NCBI RefSeq assembly: GCF_009834535.1
Contig: NC_045696.1
Location: 101,186,001-101,250,000, forward strand
DNA length: 64,000 nt
Reading direction: 5' to 3'
DNA from: Camelus ferus
Taxonomy: Eukaryota
How positions within the stretch are numbered: position 1 is the stretch's first letter; the number at the start of each line of letters is the position of its first letter. The position numbers were made by a program, and so were the translations under genes. The notes under the pieces were generated by a model. It ran no database searches. It saw only the letters and a program-made list of their open reading frames with translations, and had not been told where the DNA came from. Shown here one piece after another: positions 14,435 to 28,890 of the stretch.

Positions 14435-14945
14435 AGAGAATATTCATTGAGCATATTTGGGCTGTAAAGATGAAGAAACAGTGAACTTAGCATCTAGTAG
14501 TAGAGTAATGATAAATACACAAAAACAGTAACACAAGTCAGAGAACGAGTTACTATAACAGAGTCCAGAACAGATTTCTAATGGAATGTGGAGAAGGAAG
14601 CGATTATACCCTCTCTAAAGAATCCAGAGTCTTCCCAGAAATGACTGTGCTTGTGCTGTATCTGAAGAGTAAGTTAAATTAAAACATATAGAAAAGTAGG
14701 AAATTTTATGAGCAAAGGAATAATAAGAGCAACAGTCACAGACACTGGAGTTGAGGGATCACGCTTAGAAAAGAGCAAGAATTTCTGTTTGGATAAAATG
14801 TAGGCTCTATTAGGCAGGGGGTGGTTGGCAAGTAGGCTGAAACAGGATGTGAGAGTCCTGTCCGGAAGATCTGAGATCACATGCTGAGTTGTTTGCATTC
14901 AATTTCCTAGGCATTAAAAGTCTTTAAATATGGAACTAGCATACT
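14435..14945 (-). mobile_element. L2 LINE fragment
   Basis: Purine-rich antisense L2 pattern that begins 'aatattcattgagcat' and includes 'gtgctgtatctgaagagtaagtta'. Confidence 0.55.
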
Positions 14946-15410
14946 CCAAACTAAAAGACAGGAGAAACTAACAACTAATTTTCCTGCCACACTCATGCTC
15001 CTCCAGTCTTAAATTGAAAATAATGATACAACCAGAGAAGTATAAAAGTAGCATATTAATGTTTGTGCCACAAATGTAGTGTTTAAAATTATTTTTATTA
15101 GAAACATACTTTAATGCATTTACCTCAATATTTTAGCTAAGGGGAGGAAGGGTATGTTTTTTAAGTACATGACAGTGTTCGTTTAGGTTTCTGAATATTT
15201 GCAATTTCTGAATTTGAGATAACTTCAGGGAGAATAGCTTTTTTATTTCAGAAAAAAAAAATAAGGAAAGTAATTGGAAATGTAATCTTTAAATTATTGA
15301 ATATTCTATGGCAAAAGATATGACCAATGAAACATATCCACTAATATCAAAGTCACCATTTTTGAAAATCCAGGTTTTGAAGAATTATTTTATTAACTCT
15401 GCCTCCCCAA

Positions 15411-15848
15411 TGAAAGTGTCAAAATTAAATACAAAATGGAGATGAGAATTCTCTGAGTGGACAAAACCATTCAGGCCATATAAGCAAAACTAAATCTAGC
15501 TTATTCCATAAACATAAGCAAAACTTAAGTTATTTCCTATAGAAGCCTCTGACAATCATGAAAAAAACTTAAGTCCTCTTCCTAAAAGTGGTATGGGATG
15601 ATCATTTTTAACCAATACCCTGCTGTCTGAAAACCCTCACTGTAAAAGCCAATCATTGTAAAGGGTAAACAACTTTCTCATTTTCACTTTATAAGCCATC
15701 CTGTAACTTCATGCCCCTGAGTTTCACATCAGTCTTTGAATTTGAAAGCTCCCAATTCACACATTGTTCTTATATGTACAATAAACTCATACTAAATACT
15801 ATTTGTTGATTTTGTGGTTTTAATGTTTCCATTTCCAGATTTTTGACA
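15411..15848 (+). mobile_element. ERV1-type (MER4-group-like) solo LTR
   Basis: Starts TGAAAGTGTCAAAA...AAAATGGAG and ends TTTTGACA. Contains repeated 'ataagcaaaact' U3 motifs, CCAAT boxes, a TATA-like 'tttataag' and AATAAA at 15780. The TSD is degenerate. Confidence 0.7.
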
Positions 15849-16359
15849 ATAACAAACTCTCTGTTAGAACATAAAGAACTGAGGAAGGTATAAAAGAATG
15901 CTGACAGAGTTTGTGTCTTTCAAATTAAAATTATTTGGTCAAATAACTGATGTCAGTTAAATAAAATGTAACTATGCTTCTATTATCAAATACACAGGAA
16001 ACAAATTAAGTAGGCATTCTATTTAATGTTTTCAAATGTTAGCAAAAGATTAAAAGATGAACAAATATAGTTCAAATTATATATACATGTATATATATAT
16101 AAACATGGAGAAAGACACATATATAAAGACAGAGAATTTTGAATTTTTGTGTACGGACTAAATACACTTTTGTTTCTTAAAGGTAAGAATACACAAATTT
16201 GCCTATAATAGTATAATGCTCATTGAATGACTATATACTGCTGAATAATGTGAGAACTGCTCATAAATCATTAATATTTTCTATCAAGACATAATCACAT
16301 GAGGAATCAGTAAATTACCTGCGAATGTTGTGTATTTCCGGTTCTGAATTAAAACATCT

Positions 16360-16625
16360 CACATTTTCCAAGTTCTTAAGTTCTTGATCTTCTCAGAGAA
16401 GACTTTGCTGACTGCCTCCATATGGTAGGTCCTCCTTGAAATGCTCTATTTCAAAACTCTGCCTCTGATGATAGTAGTCTCCATGTAATTCTTCCACCTA
16501 TGTGCTGACTGCTTTTCCCAGTAGGCTGCAGTCTCCCCAGGGTCAAGGACCTTACCATACTATGCTCTATTATATCTCTGGTGCCCAGAACCCATTGACA
16601 TTCAGTAAATATTTATTGAATTAAA
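16360..16625 (+). mobile_element. L2 3' end
   Basis: Ends with the L2 tail 'cattcagtaaatatttattgaatta'. Confidence 0.7.
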
Positions 16626-16864
16626 GTGTGGGTTTTTTTCAGAAATCCAATAATTAAATAGAGGAAACATTTTCATAATCACTCGCATGTCTATATATTG
16701 CCAACACCTGAAATTTGCAATGATTTATTACTGATAAAAATCATTCCTTCAGTTTAAATAACAAGGAATTGTTATGTAAAATCAGGAAAACTCAAACAAA
16801 GATTTACATTGAACTTGATTATTTGTTGGAAAAAACGAAATTGAAAATAAAAGAGAAACTTTAC

Positions 16865-17520
16865 TTTTGTTCACTCTACACATTCTTATTGGATTCATAC
16901 TATCTACAAGGCACTATTATTAGCTATTCTGGGAGATGCAAAGATAAATGAGAAAGTTCCTCCTTGAAAGAAGAATGAATAATACAGGACAGATATGAAA
17001 CAGAGATACCGTAATTCAAGTCAGAAAATGACAATTGGCTTTAGAGATTTGCTGCAGCAGTGTTTCTCAAACTTCTTTTTACTTCAACCCACAGTGATAA
17101 ATTTATGTTACACTGTGTTGTATATATAACATTCAAACAAATGCATCACAGAACAATATTTAATCTTTGTCCTACACAATATCCTATATGTACTATTCTA
17201 TTGTTATTGTAAATATATTGATCTTATTGTCAATCTACTCTATTCTATTCTTTTTTGTTTAATAATGAGTGTTCACTCATTATGCTACTTTCACAACACA
17301 ATAATCCTCAACATACAGCTCGAAAACACTGAGCTACTTGGGGAATCTGCTTCTTTAGTGAGAGGGTACTGTGCTAAATGTTCAATAAAAAACAGTATAA
17401 TATTCATATGTGTAAATCTGAGGAAAAGGAATCATTCCAGACAGAAGGAAGCACACACAAAGAAGTATTGAGAAAATATGGGAGGCATGATTATGTAAGA
17501 GCAAGCAGTTCGGTTTGGCT
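16865..17520 (-). mobile_element. L2 fragment, interrupted by a hAT MITE
   Basis: 'ttattggattcatactatctacaaggcactatt...gagatgcaaagataaatgag' and 'gaatcattccagacagaaggaagcacacacaaag'. Confidence 0.6.
17058..17331 (+). mobile_element. hAT-Charlie family MITE (Charlie18a-like)
   Basis: Terminal inverted repeats cagtgtttctcaaact ... agctcgaaaacactg, with an internal (ctatt)n-rich tract. Confidence 0.7.
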
Positions 17521-17522
17521 GG

Positions 17523-18049
17523 TGTGGAAGGAGAAATCTAAGATGGCCCCCAAGTTTCCTGCATCCTGATACACACACTTTGTGTGATACGTTCCTCTTG
17601 AGTGTGGCAGAACCTGTGAATATAAGGGTATAGCATTCCCATGATTATATTACCCTCTCTGGCCAAAAAAAAAAAAAAAAAAGGATATTCGTAGATATAA
17701 CTGAAGTCTCTAATCAAAAGGAGATTGCCCTGAGTGGATCTGACTTAATGAGATGACCTCTTCAAAGGGAGCTTCAAAGTCAGAGATGCACTTTTCTTAT
17801 GACTTGGAAGATTCAGGCTTCCTGAATTTATAGCTATAAGAGAATGAATTCTGCAAACACCATGTGAGCTTGGAAGAGGACACTAAGTAGTGGGCTCAGC
17901 CAACATCTCAGGATTGTGAGAACCTGAGCAGAAAACCCAGCAGAGTCCACAAGACTTCTGCCCTATTGAAGCATGAGATAATAAATGGGTGTTGTCTTGA
18001 ACTACTAAGTCTGTGATGATTTCCTATCTAACCATGGAAAACAGCTGCA
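17523..18049 (+). mobile_element. MaLR solo LTR, MLT1E-like
   Basis: 5' 'tgtgg...ctaagatggcccccaag', 'gagattgccctgagtggatctgacttaat', and 3' 'gagataataaatgggtgttgtcttgaactactaagtctgtg'. Confidence 0.8.
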
Positions 18050-20299
18050 TTGTTGATGTACAAAAAAAATAGTGAAAAAAATTCTTGGAAAGATAACTGA
18101 AATTCAGATCATAAGGTGCCACAAGAGCTGGTTAAAAAGATTCTTTTTAGAAAATGTGAAGCTATAGAAGATTTTGGAGGAGGAAATTGCTTGGAAAGGA
18201 AAGTAACCATGGGAAGAATATCCCCACAATCATGCTACTCTCCAAGTTATTAATTAAAATGAATTTTGTTTTTATAGGCTAGTGACTTATTTATGAGGTA
18301 GATAGAAATATAAGTATAGATATCAGTTTAGGAAGAGAAATAGGTAATAGTATGGGTGTTGCTGGTAAAATACTATGTGGACAAATGTTAGTATCACAAT
18401 TCCTAACGATTTCTAGATTATTACTAATCTTTTAGATACTGATTGTTCAAAAATTAGAATATTAATCAGATACATCAAGTCTCTGCCATTTTGGAGGCAA
18501 AAATAGATCATGTAAATTTTCTTCACTAATATTTTTTCCCTTGACATAACAGCATAGCATTAATGATTCATCTTTTTAGCTTAATATATGTATTTCCATC
18601 ACAAAAAATGTGATATTTTACTAACATTTTACTTATTATTAAATGACTGAATTAGACAACCTTCTTTCTTAAAGAAGAGAGCTAGATGGGGACTGGAATG
18701 GCCAGTACAGTAACTCCCATCCATGAAGAGTCTGGTCCATTTACGCCTGAGTGCCATATATATTTTCTCATTTTTCTCTGTATCCCTTGATATGGCATGC
18801 TTGGGAAGCTCTGCCTTAGGGACTATTTTGCCTTCAGAAATACAATTATGGTTTCCACATCCCTCAGTGAGCAGCTAAGAACAGGTGACATTTTCAGAGC
18901 TCTGTCAATCAGGAAACTAGTATACCAACTATGACTCATACTTTTGGCTGTATGTACTGAGCAGAAATATTTCCTAAAATGCACAATGAATGACTTTAAG
19001 AACAAGTGCCTTTCAGGGGATATTAGCATTCTGCATGTCATGCTTTCAAGAATTGCAGACTTACTGATAATCCAGTCTAGTATTAAACTTTTAATTTAAA
19101 ATAGATATCTTACATCTAACCAGATAAAAAGGAAAATTTGATAAGTCTTTATTCCACAACATGAAATGGTGTAAAGCCATTATTAAATGCACATATTTGG
19201 TTAGAATACAAATTATGTCCTTCACAATCATAGTAAATTACAGCGTGACACTGAGTAATTAAAATGCAAATACATACATTCTTCTTCTCACACACATAAA
19301 CCTATCTAGATTTTCTTACAGTTAGGAAAGCATGTAATAAAAAGAAAACATATTTTAGATTTTTTAAAAACTTCTCTGAGATCTGAAAGAGACTCGATAT
19401 TTTTATATCAGCCTCTCCTCAAAAAAAAATACTATCTTACATAGCCAGAGAAAGAAAGCAAAAATATCAACTAAATTTTAGTCCCCACCTATTTTGTGGG
19501 GTAAACACTTTGATGTGTATCAAAAAGATTTTATTACTGACTTTAGGACTTTAGGACAGCTTTTAAGTAAACTTGTAAACTTGGTAATTTACAACTGCCA
19601 AATCAAATCTCCCTTCCTCTTCTAAGTGTCATGGGAGCACTTTTTCCTTGCTAACCACAAGGCAATTTCTGTAATGGGCCAGAGACTGTATCTCTCTATA
19701 AAAGAAATCATGTAGTTTTTATGTGTTAAGAAATTGGGTTTTGGGGTTGCCAAGCACACTGGATGTTGAGCATGAGCCTCCTTCCTTTTTGCAACACAAC
19801 ACTTAGGGAATGGCTTAATATATCTGAATCTGATATATTTGATATGTGGTCTTAATAGCCAACTCCTACTGCCTATCATCTTGCTTAAAGCATGATCAAT
19901 TTTAAATGAATGAATTAATTAATGTGATATAAGATTAAAATTGCAGAAGCCATCAATAAAAATTTAATAGAGTAAAGCTGGAAGTAATTTGAGTACTTTT
20001 ACAAATTCAATATAATTATAAAGGTGGCAATGCTCTCCTTTTACATGTTGAGAATGTGTGGCTAAACAATTTCTCTAAAGCTACTACTCACATCATATTT
20101 TATGTGCTTTATCAACAGTAGCTTCAGTCAGCCCAGAAAGTATCTGATTTAAATTTTACCTTTGGGATCAAAAACCTACTTAAAAGACTCCCTAATCCTT
20201 GCTAGAGCAGTGAGCACCGTTTTGGTGGGGAATTGTATAGAAGCCTTTTCAGATATTAGTGGAAATTTTGTAGCCATCTTTCATAGTCCCTGACTACAT

Positions 20300-20600
20300 T
20301 TTATGTACTTAATTTGTTGCTAAGTCTCATTGATTCTTTCTTTAAATAAAAAATCTATGTTTTTGCATTATTTCCACTGTTAACACTCTAAGTTAACCTG
20401 TTGTCTCCTAAATGTCTGGATGATTACAACAGTTCTTTAGCTAAAGTGACTAACGAATCTCCTGTCCCAGAGTCACAAGACTAACCTTCTAAAATATTGC
20501 TTATACCAACAATAAAACCAGTGTACCAAAAACACTGCCATGATAGCAAGTCTCAGAATTACTTCCTAGCTTTTTAGAATCTCAATGCTATGCATATCTT
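20300..20600 (+). mobile_element. L2 fragment
   Basis: 'tttccactgttaacactctaagttaacc...gtctggatgattacaacagttctttagcta'. Confidence 0.5.
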
Positions 20601-23383
20601 TCTTACTAAGCTCTTTATTCCAGTAGTCCTTTAAATGAATTCCAGTACTGTCAGACTGAATTCTTTACAGCTATGACTATAAATATGATGTATATACACA
20701 TAAGAGTATATTGGAAAATAAGTAACAAATTGTTACTAATAAAATTAAAGCATCAAGGTTTGATTGATAAAACAAAGGCTTAGATTATCAAATCAAATTC
20801 AAATAAACAGAGACATTTCTCAGCATTAAACTTTAGTAAAAATTCAAATAACACTTACAGTAAGATACAGCCAAAGCACAGAGAAATCTCAAAGTATCAA
20901 CTGGCTCCCCAAATACTTTCCCACCACATTAGAACTGACTGGTCCATACTTAACACATGAAGTGCAAAATGATGCATGTGGGAACTGCTGGCAGAAAAGG
21001 AGATATTTCAGTCATGTAACAACTCCATCTTATACTCTTAATAATTATAGAGAAGATATGACAGTAGCATCAGGTCATAAAGTATCCATAAAGTCTTTAT
21101 TTATTTAGCATAAGCAAGCCTTAGAGCCCAGGAATTCCTGTCAAGTGTATTCCATAGATAAAAACTCTTCATTATCTTTCTGATACCAAGTATCTTCAGA
21201 GATTTGGCATGGCCATTTCTTTTCTTTACTCTCAGAAACATTAATCCTCTGGAAAGTTGACTGGGGTGCAGAGTGTCACTACTCTTTTGGTTTCAGTTTG
21301 CTATTAGTTCATCCTCATACTTCATGTATATTGTCTCTTGAATGGAAGAGAAAGAGGCAAAGTAACAGGAAGACTACCCGGGAATAGTGAATAACCCTGG
21401 ATTCAACCATTGCTTCTTTGTGCGTTTATCTATTCACATAATCTACTGAGTGTTTGTGACCAATTGGGAAAAAAAAAAAACACAACGGATGGTTCTGTAA
21501 AAGTGGTAATTTTTTATGTTTTCAGAAGCTACACATTTAATGGAAATATATATAAATATAAATATATAAAAATAAACACAAATATAAATTAATGTAAATA
21601 TACAAAATTGTCTATTATAAGACAATAGATAGCTACTAGTGGAGTGCGAGACTCATTGAAGGGTTCATGCTGTACCTATAAGCAATCGATTTTAAATATT
21701 CAAATTCTCTGCTGGCCAGCCAAAACATTTCTATACAATATTCAATGAGCAAAAAACCAAACTGCTCTTCCAACAAAAGAACACTTTTTTCTTGGCCATA
21801 AACCTTCATTAATTAAAAAAAATTACTCAGAGACTTATTAAAAATAATCTATTCAGGTATTTAAAAATGATTAAGACATGATTCTTCATGAGAATATAAA
21901 GAAATCCTCCCACTCTTAGGAAAAGACTAACTGTTCTATGACCATGATAACAAGTAGTCACCAGAAATGGTTTAAAAACTGCTTAATCAATAAGTGGCAT
22001 TTTTATCCTGTTTCTTCTTTAGATTTGCTGTCAGTTGAGCAATGATCAACAATGGTTTGACCTCTGACTGCTTTATTGAATACTTGTTTTTAAATGTATT
22101 CTATTATCCTAGAACATGTAACCAAACAGGACTTTGCATAAAGTAGTTGTATTACTTCCCTGTGGCTGCTGTAACAAATTACCACAACTGTAGTGGTTTA
22201 GAAAACCACATAAACATACATTTTTACCAACTGTGATGGTCTCTTTCTTGTTTGTCATGAATTTGTCACTATGCAAAATATCTGGAAGAAATTCTGGTTC
22301 CTTTTATAAGTCCATGCTATAATCAAAGCTTTCGAACTTGGTAAAAGGTAAAAATTTTGTCTTAAAATAAGAGTGCCCATTATGGGAAATTTTTGACATA
22401 TGAAAAATCAACTAATACATTGAAAGAAGGAGCCCTAGGAAACTTATAAGATAAAATGCAAAATAGCCTCTTTAATCAAATCCAAGGAGAACTCTAACTC
22501 CAAAATAGTCTCTCTCAATCTTTCTCTTTTCAATCTTCTAAAACCTAACCTCCTTTCACTGCTTTCTCCCTCAGTTTTATCAGCACAACTCACCTATATG
22601 CCTTCTTTTGCTTCTGCTTCTCCATTTTACCCCCACATAGACTTATTCTTTCTTCAGGGGTTCTCCAAAAAATAATAATCATTAATAAAATTATTATACC
22701 ATAAGACAAATCCTTAGAAGGTGGATTTAAAATCCCATTCTATACCTGAGTGGAGCTCTTTACTTAGCACGTCCTTAAATGTCAGAAAATTGGATATAAA
22801 ATTATTGAAGAAATCAGATTGTGTTAGGTGCATAGTGTCCTCAACTATGACACTTTAACCAATTAGTTCACTTAATAGTCTTTTGTATGACAAAGAAAGA
22901 GAAACCAGAAAGAGAAAATAAAAAGAAATGTTGAAAATTATCAGGGTACAAAAAATTATAAATATACCATATAGTTATACTTTTAAGAAATACATTGAGA
23001 AGAAAACAAAAGGAAATACACCAAGTCCACTTCAAAAGCTTTTCACATACAGCCATATTCTTCAAAGCTTGAAAATTGTAAAGAAACTTAAGATGAGAAA
23101 TGACTACAGGAAACATTTTCAAATAGTATTTTGGTGAATTCTGGTGTGAATTTAATAGCTGAAGTAAAAGGAGCTTTGGATTCTGTTTTCAGAAGTAGGG
23201 AACTAAAAATGTAAAATCAAAACATAAAATTGCCATTAAAAAAACCACCAATATGTCGCTGAATATTTTTAAAGAAGTCTTACAAAGTCAATGAGCTAGA
23301 AATCAAAACAAACTATGGTGTACTAGATAAAACAATTGGTTTCTGAAATAAAAACAAGAATAAAAAGTCTTACGTTCTTCCAG

Positions 23384-23461
23384 GGTTGAGAGCCTGTGGA
23401 TAAGGACCCCAATAGATATTGCAAACAAAGGCCCATTGGAAGAATCAGTGTCCCACGTTGC
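23384..23461 (+). other. Candidate 78-nt exon of an unidentified transcript
   Basis: gtcttacgttcttccag|...|gtaaga. Open frame VESLWIRTPIDIANKGPLEESVSHV, with local CpG retention. Confidence 0.25.
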
Positions 23462-25442
23462 GTAAGAAACAAAAACGCAACTGTACAGAATTCATCCAAT
23501 TATGCTCTGAAGGCAGTATTAGCATTGAAAAGTTCCCTATTTTTCTCTAAACTCCCAAATTTATTTATATTTATAAAAATAGGTAGACAATAATTCTTTC
23601 TTGTTGGCAGAGTGCCATGTCCACAGAATATCAGATCTTCAGAGTAAATTTTAAAGTGATTTTAACAGGAAAAAGAGACAAATTAACAAGTTTTAAGAAT
23701 GAAAGAGAAAAAAATTCCTTTAAAATAAAAATGTCTGATTGTGCCAAAAGATGAAAGAATATAGTAAAAGACAATCTTGAATTGGATAACTCGGTAGTAA
23801 ATTGTAGAAAGCTTGACAGGAAAATGAACTGTTTGCCTTGGTTTCCTAGAACCACTTAAGCAGATGGAATTACCAACATTCCTAAATCCTTTCCCAAGTC
23901 CAACCTATAAATCATTTAATGACTGTTATCAAAAATTGCTTCTTTCATCTCTTGGTATCATCCCTAAACTGTAACAGGTAGAATCTACTTTGAAAATCAA
24001 ACTTTAAAGTGATGTACTATGGAAAGAATATGTAAAATTTTTTAGTTGTTTAAACATGATCAGATTATTGCTGATCTTGACATTGATATATATATATATA
24101 TACTATGTCTGATTCAAAAAATAAACAGATGAAAAATCAGAAGAATCACCTACAGTATTAGAATTCTTACAGGTAAAAGACTCTTTGGACACAAAATATG
24201 TGGAGCAATACACATAGGAGTATGGTATTGGTTGATTCTTCCAAGGTTATCATAATCTTCTTATATGTACATGAAATGTTAGGTGAGGCTCTGGGATTAT
24301 TAACAGCATGACATCCTTCAATGACCTTTTGCCCATCATAGCCTATCTCCTGATACAGTAGCCAAGGCTTACTCTCTTTGCCTCAGAGCAATTTCAGCCT
24401 TATGAAAGTTAACCACAGAATTTTCAACATTCACACTAGATAACCATTAAATCTGATGGTACCATATGCTATACGATTCCTGTTTGCTAACTGAAAATAT
24501 CAACTATGTTTTAGGTTATTGACTGATTATGAAAATTTTTTGCTTTCTTTTCTTTCTATTATCATTCACAGTAAAACACACTCAATCCATCATTTCTATC
24601 ATTCTTAACCAAAGAAGGGGTAATTCATAATTATTTTCTTTCTGAGGCTTAAGAAGTATCCATGCACAGAGCTTGACATTTTGGATACTCTTATTAATAA
24701 ATTCTGAAGCAGTATTTTTTGTTTTGATGTCTTATTTCAAAAATTAAAATTGATAATGCCAGTGTGGGAATGCAATAACTAATCTTCTATAATATCCAGT
24801 CTTCACCAGTAGTCAATCAATTCCAATGGTCATAATTATGGCCTTTTTAAGAGTATGCCAAATTACTGAAAATAAAAGTGTGTGTATGTGTATAAATATA
24901 TATTGTGGAAAATGATTATCATGGAATAATTTTTGCTTGATGCTTTCATGCTACCAACTAAATTCTTGCAATAAAGTTAGAAGATCATAGTAAAAGAGAT
25001 ACTATGGTATGTAGACAAAATGCTTTAGCAGAAAATCACGTTGAACAGGAATATACAGCTAAAGTTATGTTTGGGTAAAAGAAAGATAAACCCACATAGA
25101 CATTTTGGGATCTCATTATATACACACAATACATAGCCTCAATTCTATAAAAATTTGAAAAAATGATTGAGTTGTTAGATTCACAAGAATAAGATCTGGC
25201 AAAGCCAGAATGGCTGCCTAGTAGCACCAGATACAACTTCAAGTTGACATATGCTCAAAATTCTCCATGAGACAATCTGTCACACTTGGTACAAATTGAT
25301 CATGATATGGAATAGTAATTGGGGGACATTTTTTAGAATAATATTTTGAGAATGTAGTCATCATATACTGCAACTTTAATTATGTAAAAGCTGTAATGGT
25401 AGTGTATAGAAAAATACCATATCCTAAAGAATACTTTGAAAC

Positions 25443-25477
<35 letters not shown>
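25443..25477. repeat. (TTAT)n microsatellite
   Basis: Directly visible. Confidence 0.9.
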
Positions 25478-25969
25478 CTCAATCAGGCATGGATTCATTC
25501 CCATGAATGAGCCAACCTATCACTAAGAGTCTCATCTGAGTAACCACACTTCTACAGCTGACATTAACTCATACATACCTCTGAAAATCTGCCAATATCT
25601 GAACATAAATGGCCTCAAAATCCATTTGTGTTTCTTTATGAAACATTTCAGAGTGTTTTTTTTTTTTCTTTTTAAGCAGAAGGATGACAAGCATATGTAC
25701 CATCAAAGTCACTTTTGAATTTAAATGGTAACTGTAAAAGACAGGTTGGAGTTGAGAGAGATAAGAGAGAAGGAGGTGAGTGAAGAGACTGTGTGAAAGT
25801 TGTTAGAGTTTGGAGCAAAGCAGTAGGAATGCAATAGAGGGGATGAGGTGCACTTTAGAAAGAAGACAACAAATTGAAAAGTTTCTTTTATTCAGATTTT
25901 ATCAACACAGTGCCAGGTGGATAAAAAGCACATAGTTGATACTATTTTATATCCTCTGTCAAAATTAAT

Positions 25970-26098
25970 TGCTGAAATATGGATGGACCTGGAGATTGTC
26001 ATTCTAAGTGAAGTACGCCAGAAAGAGAAAGAAAAATGCCATATGATATGGCTTATATGTGGAATCTTAAAAAAAAGGACACAAATGAACTACTTATT
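25970..26098 (+). mobile_element. Short, relatively young L1 fragment (ORF2 end / 3' UTR start)
   Basis: 'atggatggacctggagattgtcattctaagtgaagtacgccagaaagagaaagaaaaatgccatatg'. Translates as WMDLEIVILSEV. Confidence 0.85.
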
Positions 26099-28779
26099 AT
26101 AACTTAGATGACTGGTTTCTTGAATATGTATAAGCACACTGACTGTCCTTTATGATTGGATTACTGCATTCTGTTGATTCTTATTTTGTGGTTGGCTTTA
26201 CTCCTTTGATAACTATGTAAGTTTAAAAAGCTAAAGCTCGAAACTGTTCTTAGAAACAATGAACAGCACATATATGTAAATTTTTAAATGGCAAAAAAAA
26301 AAAAAAAAAAAAAAGATTAACTGCTGAGCCCAAACCAGTTTAGAGGTAGTAATGATCAATTATTCTATAAAAATATTCCCTAGTCACTAATTTTAACTGA
26401 TATGAAAAATATTTTTCCAGGAATGGTACTTAGACCAAACTGTGGACTTAGCTTAAAATGGGTGTCAAACCCTCCTTTCAAATGAGAATGCATAAGGATG
26501 AAGAAAATAAAATATTTTAAAAGTAATGATTCCACTGCTTCTACATTCTCAGGCTAAAAAAATAATAAAACAATTCTTCTTTAGTAGTGTGTTTTGTATA
26601 CCATTTTGACTTACCTTAAGGTTGAATTGTGGATCTGAGCTAAGAGAAGTCTAGATAGTTATTTCTGAAGACTGTAGAATCTTATTGCTGTTTCTGTTGT
26701 TACTTTCACCTTTTTTCTTCTGCTATGTTTTAAGATTACTGATGGACCAACTGGATACATAAGCACCAACAAAGCATCTGGTTATCAGTGAAAACTTGCA
26801 TTCACAATTTCCTTGATGAGGGTACAAGTGCATGAAATAACTCACCCTGAATAGCCAAGATGCCATCAGCCTTGTCAAGTTTAGAATTTAACATATTTTT
26901 TAAAAATCCCTATCTGGATGACAAAAATTTAGCTCCTACTGAGGAGCCCAAAATAATTTAAAATGCTTGATGTTCTACATAGGGAACAGGAATACCATAT
27001 AGCAATACTTAATTATTATAATTGTGATAGATTGTTTACAGAAAATAGTGACATTAAATGATTTAGAAGACAATACCACCTGGAAAAGAGCTGATAAAAA
27101 AGAAGTACTGGATGTACAATATCTATTTACAAGTTTTCTTCATTAAGTAAAACCAGTTCTCTGTATTCTGAATGATGTGACAGCTGCCATAAAATAACAA
27201 AACAAACTTGTCTGGGAAAGTCACTGTGTTAACCTCAACATGATACAAAGATGAATAAGATATGAGTCTTAATTTAAGGAATTCACAGTCTAGTCGGAGA
27301 CACAGTGATATGCAACACTTACTAGAGTACAAAAGGAAAAGTGCTATAATAAAGCTATAAAAATGGTGTCAGTTGAGAGAAAGGAGCTATTTATTCCTTC
27401 TGGTTTATGCATTCTTCCCTTGGCTTGGTTTGTTACTACAGTGTCCTAATCAATATTTCTCAAAGCCAACTGCCCAGTATCACCACTTGGGGATAATTTT
27501 TTTAAAGGTATATATCCCACAACCAGATTATAAGGATAGCCTCTTCAAAAAATTATGTCGGAAAAACTGGACAACCACTTGCAAAAGAATTAAATTTGAC
27601 CACTATCTTACATCATACACTAAAGTTAATTCAAAATGGATTAAATACATGAATAGAAGACCTGAAATCATAAAATTCCTAAAAGAAGACACAGGCAGGA
27701 AGCTCCTTGAGATTAGTATTGGCAATGGTTTTTTTTTTGGATTTGACATCAAAAACAAAGGCAACCAAAGAAAAATAAATGTGTCACTATATCAAACTAA
27801 GAAGCTTCTCAATAGCAAAGAAAATCATCAACAAAATGAAAAGGAAATCTATAGACTGAGAGAAAATATTTGCAAATCATACATCTGATAAGGAATTAAT
27901 ACCCAAAATATATAAAGAACTCATATGACTCAATAACAATGACAAAAAAAAAAAAAGCCAATTCAATGGGCAGAGTATCCTAAGAGACATTTTTCAAAGA
28001 CATACAAATTGCCATACAGATAAAAAGGAGCTCAAGAATGCTAATCATCAGGGAAATGCAAGTCAAAACCACAAGGAAATATGATCCCACACCTGTTAGA
28101 ATGGCTACTATCAAAAAGACAAGCGATAACCAGTGTCAGCAAGGCTTTGGAGAAAAGGGAATCTTTGTGCACTGTTGGTAGGAATGCATGTTGCTGCAGC
28201 CACTACAGAAAACTGTATGGAGGGTCTTCAAAATATTAAAAACAGAACCACCACATGATCTAGCAATTCCACTTCTGGATATTTATTCGAAGAAAACGAA
28301 AACACTAACTGGAAAAGATATATGCAACCCCATGTTCATTGCAGCATTATTCATAATAGCCAAAACATGGAAGCAACTTAAGTATCCATGAATGAATAGG
28401 TGGATTAAAAAGCCATTATATATACACGTATACTTGCACACAATGGAGGTCATTATGCTAAGTGAAATAAGTCAGACAGAGAAAGACAAACACCACTTAA
28501 TCTCATGTATATGTGGAAACTAAAAACAAAAACAAACTCATAGATACAGAGAACATATTTGTGGTTACCAGAGGCAGGGCAGGGGGATATAAGATGGGTG
28601 AAGAGCGTCAAAAGGTACAAATTTCCAGTTATAAAATAAATAAGTCCCAAGAACATAATAAATACACAGTTCAGTGACTATAGTTGATAACACGGTATTG
28701 TATATTTGAAAGTTGCTAAGAGACCAGATCTTAAAAGGTCTCTTTGCAAGGAAAAAAAATTTTAACAATGTGTGTTGAT

Positions 28780-28890
28780 CAATGAATATATGTATGTTCA
28801 TGTATAACTGAAAAATTGTGCTCTACACTGGAAATTGACATGACATTGTAAACTGACTATAACTCAATAAAAAAAATGTTGAAAAAAAAC
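28780..28890 (+). mobile_element. Severely 5'-truncated young L1 tail (about 110 bp) nested in an older L1
   Basis: Flanked by the TSD caa[t/c]gtgtgttgat (28766-28779 and 28891-28904). Has AATAAA plus an A-rich tail and matches the reverse complement of the L1 tail near 52545-52655. Confidence 0.85.

Noticed and set aside
27373..27888. 171-aa ORF as a host gene
   Set aside because: It is chimeric: decayed flanking repeat sequence read into L1 ORF2 remnants (KNWTTTCKRIKFDHYLTSYTK).
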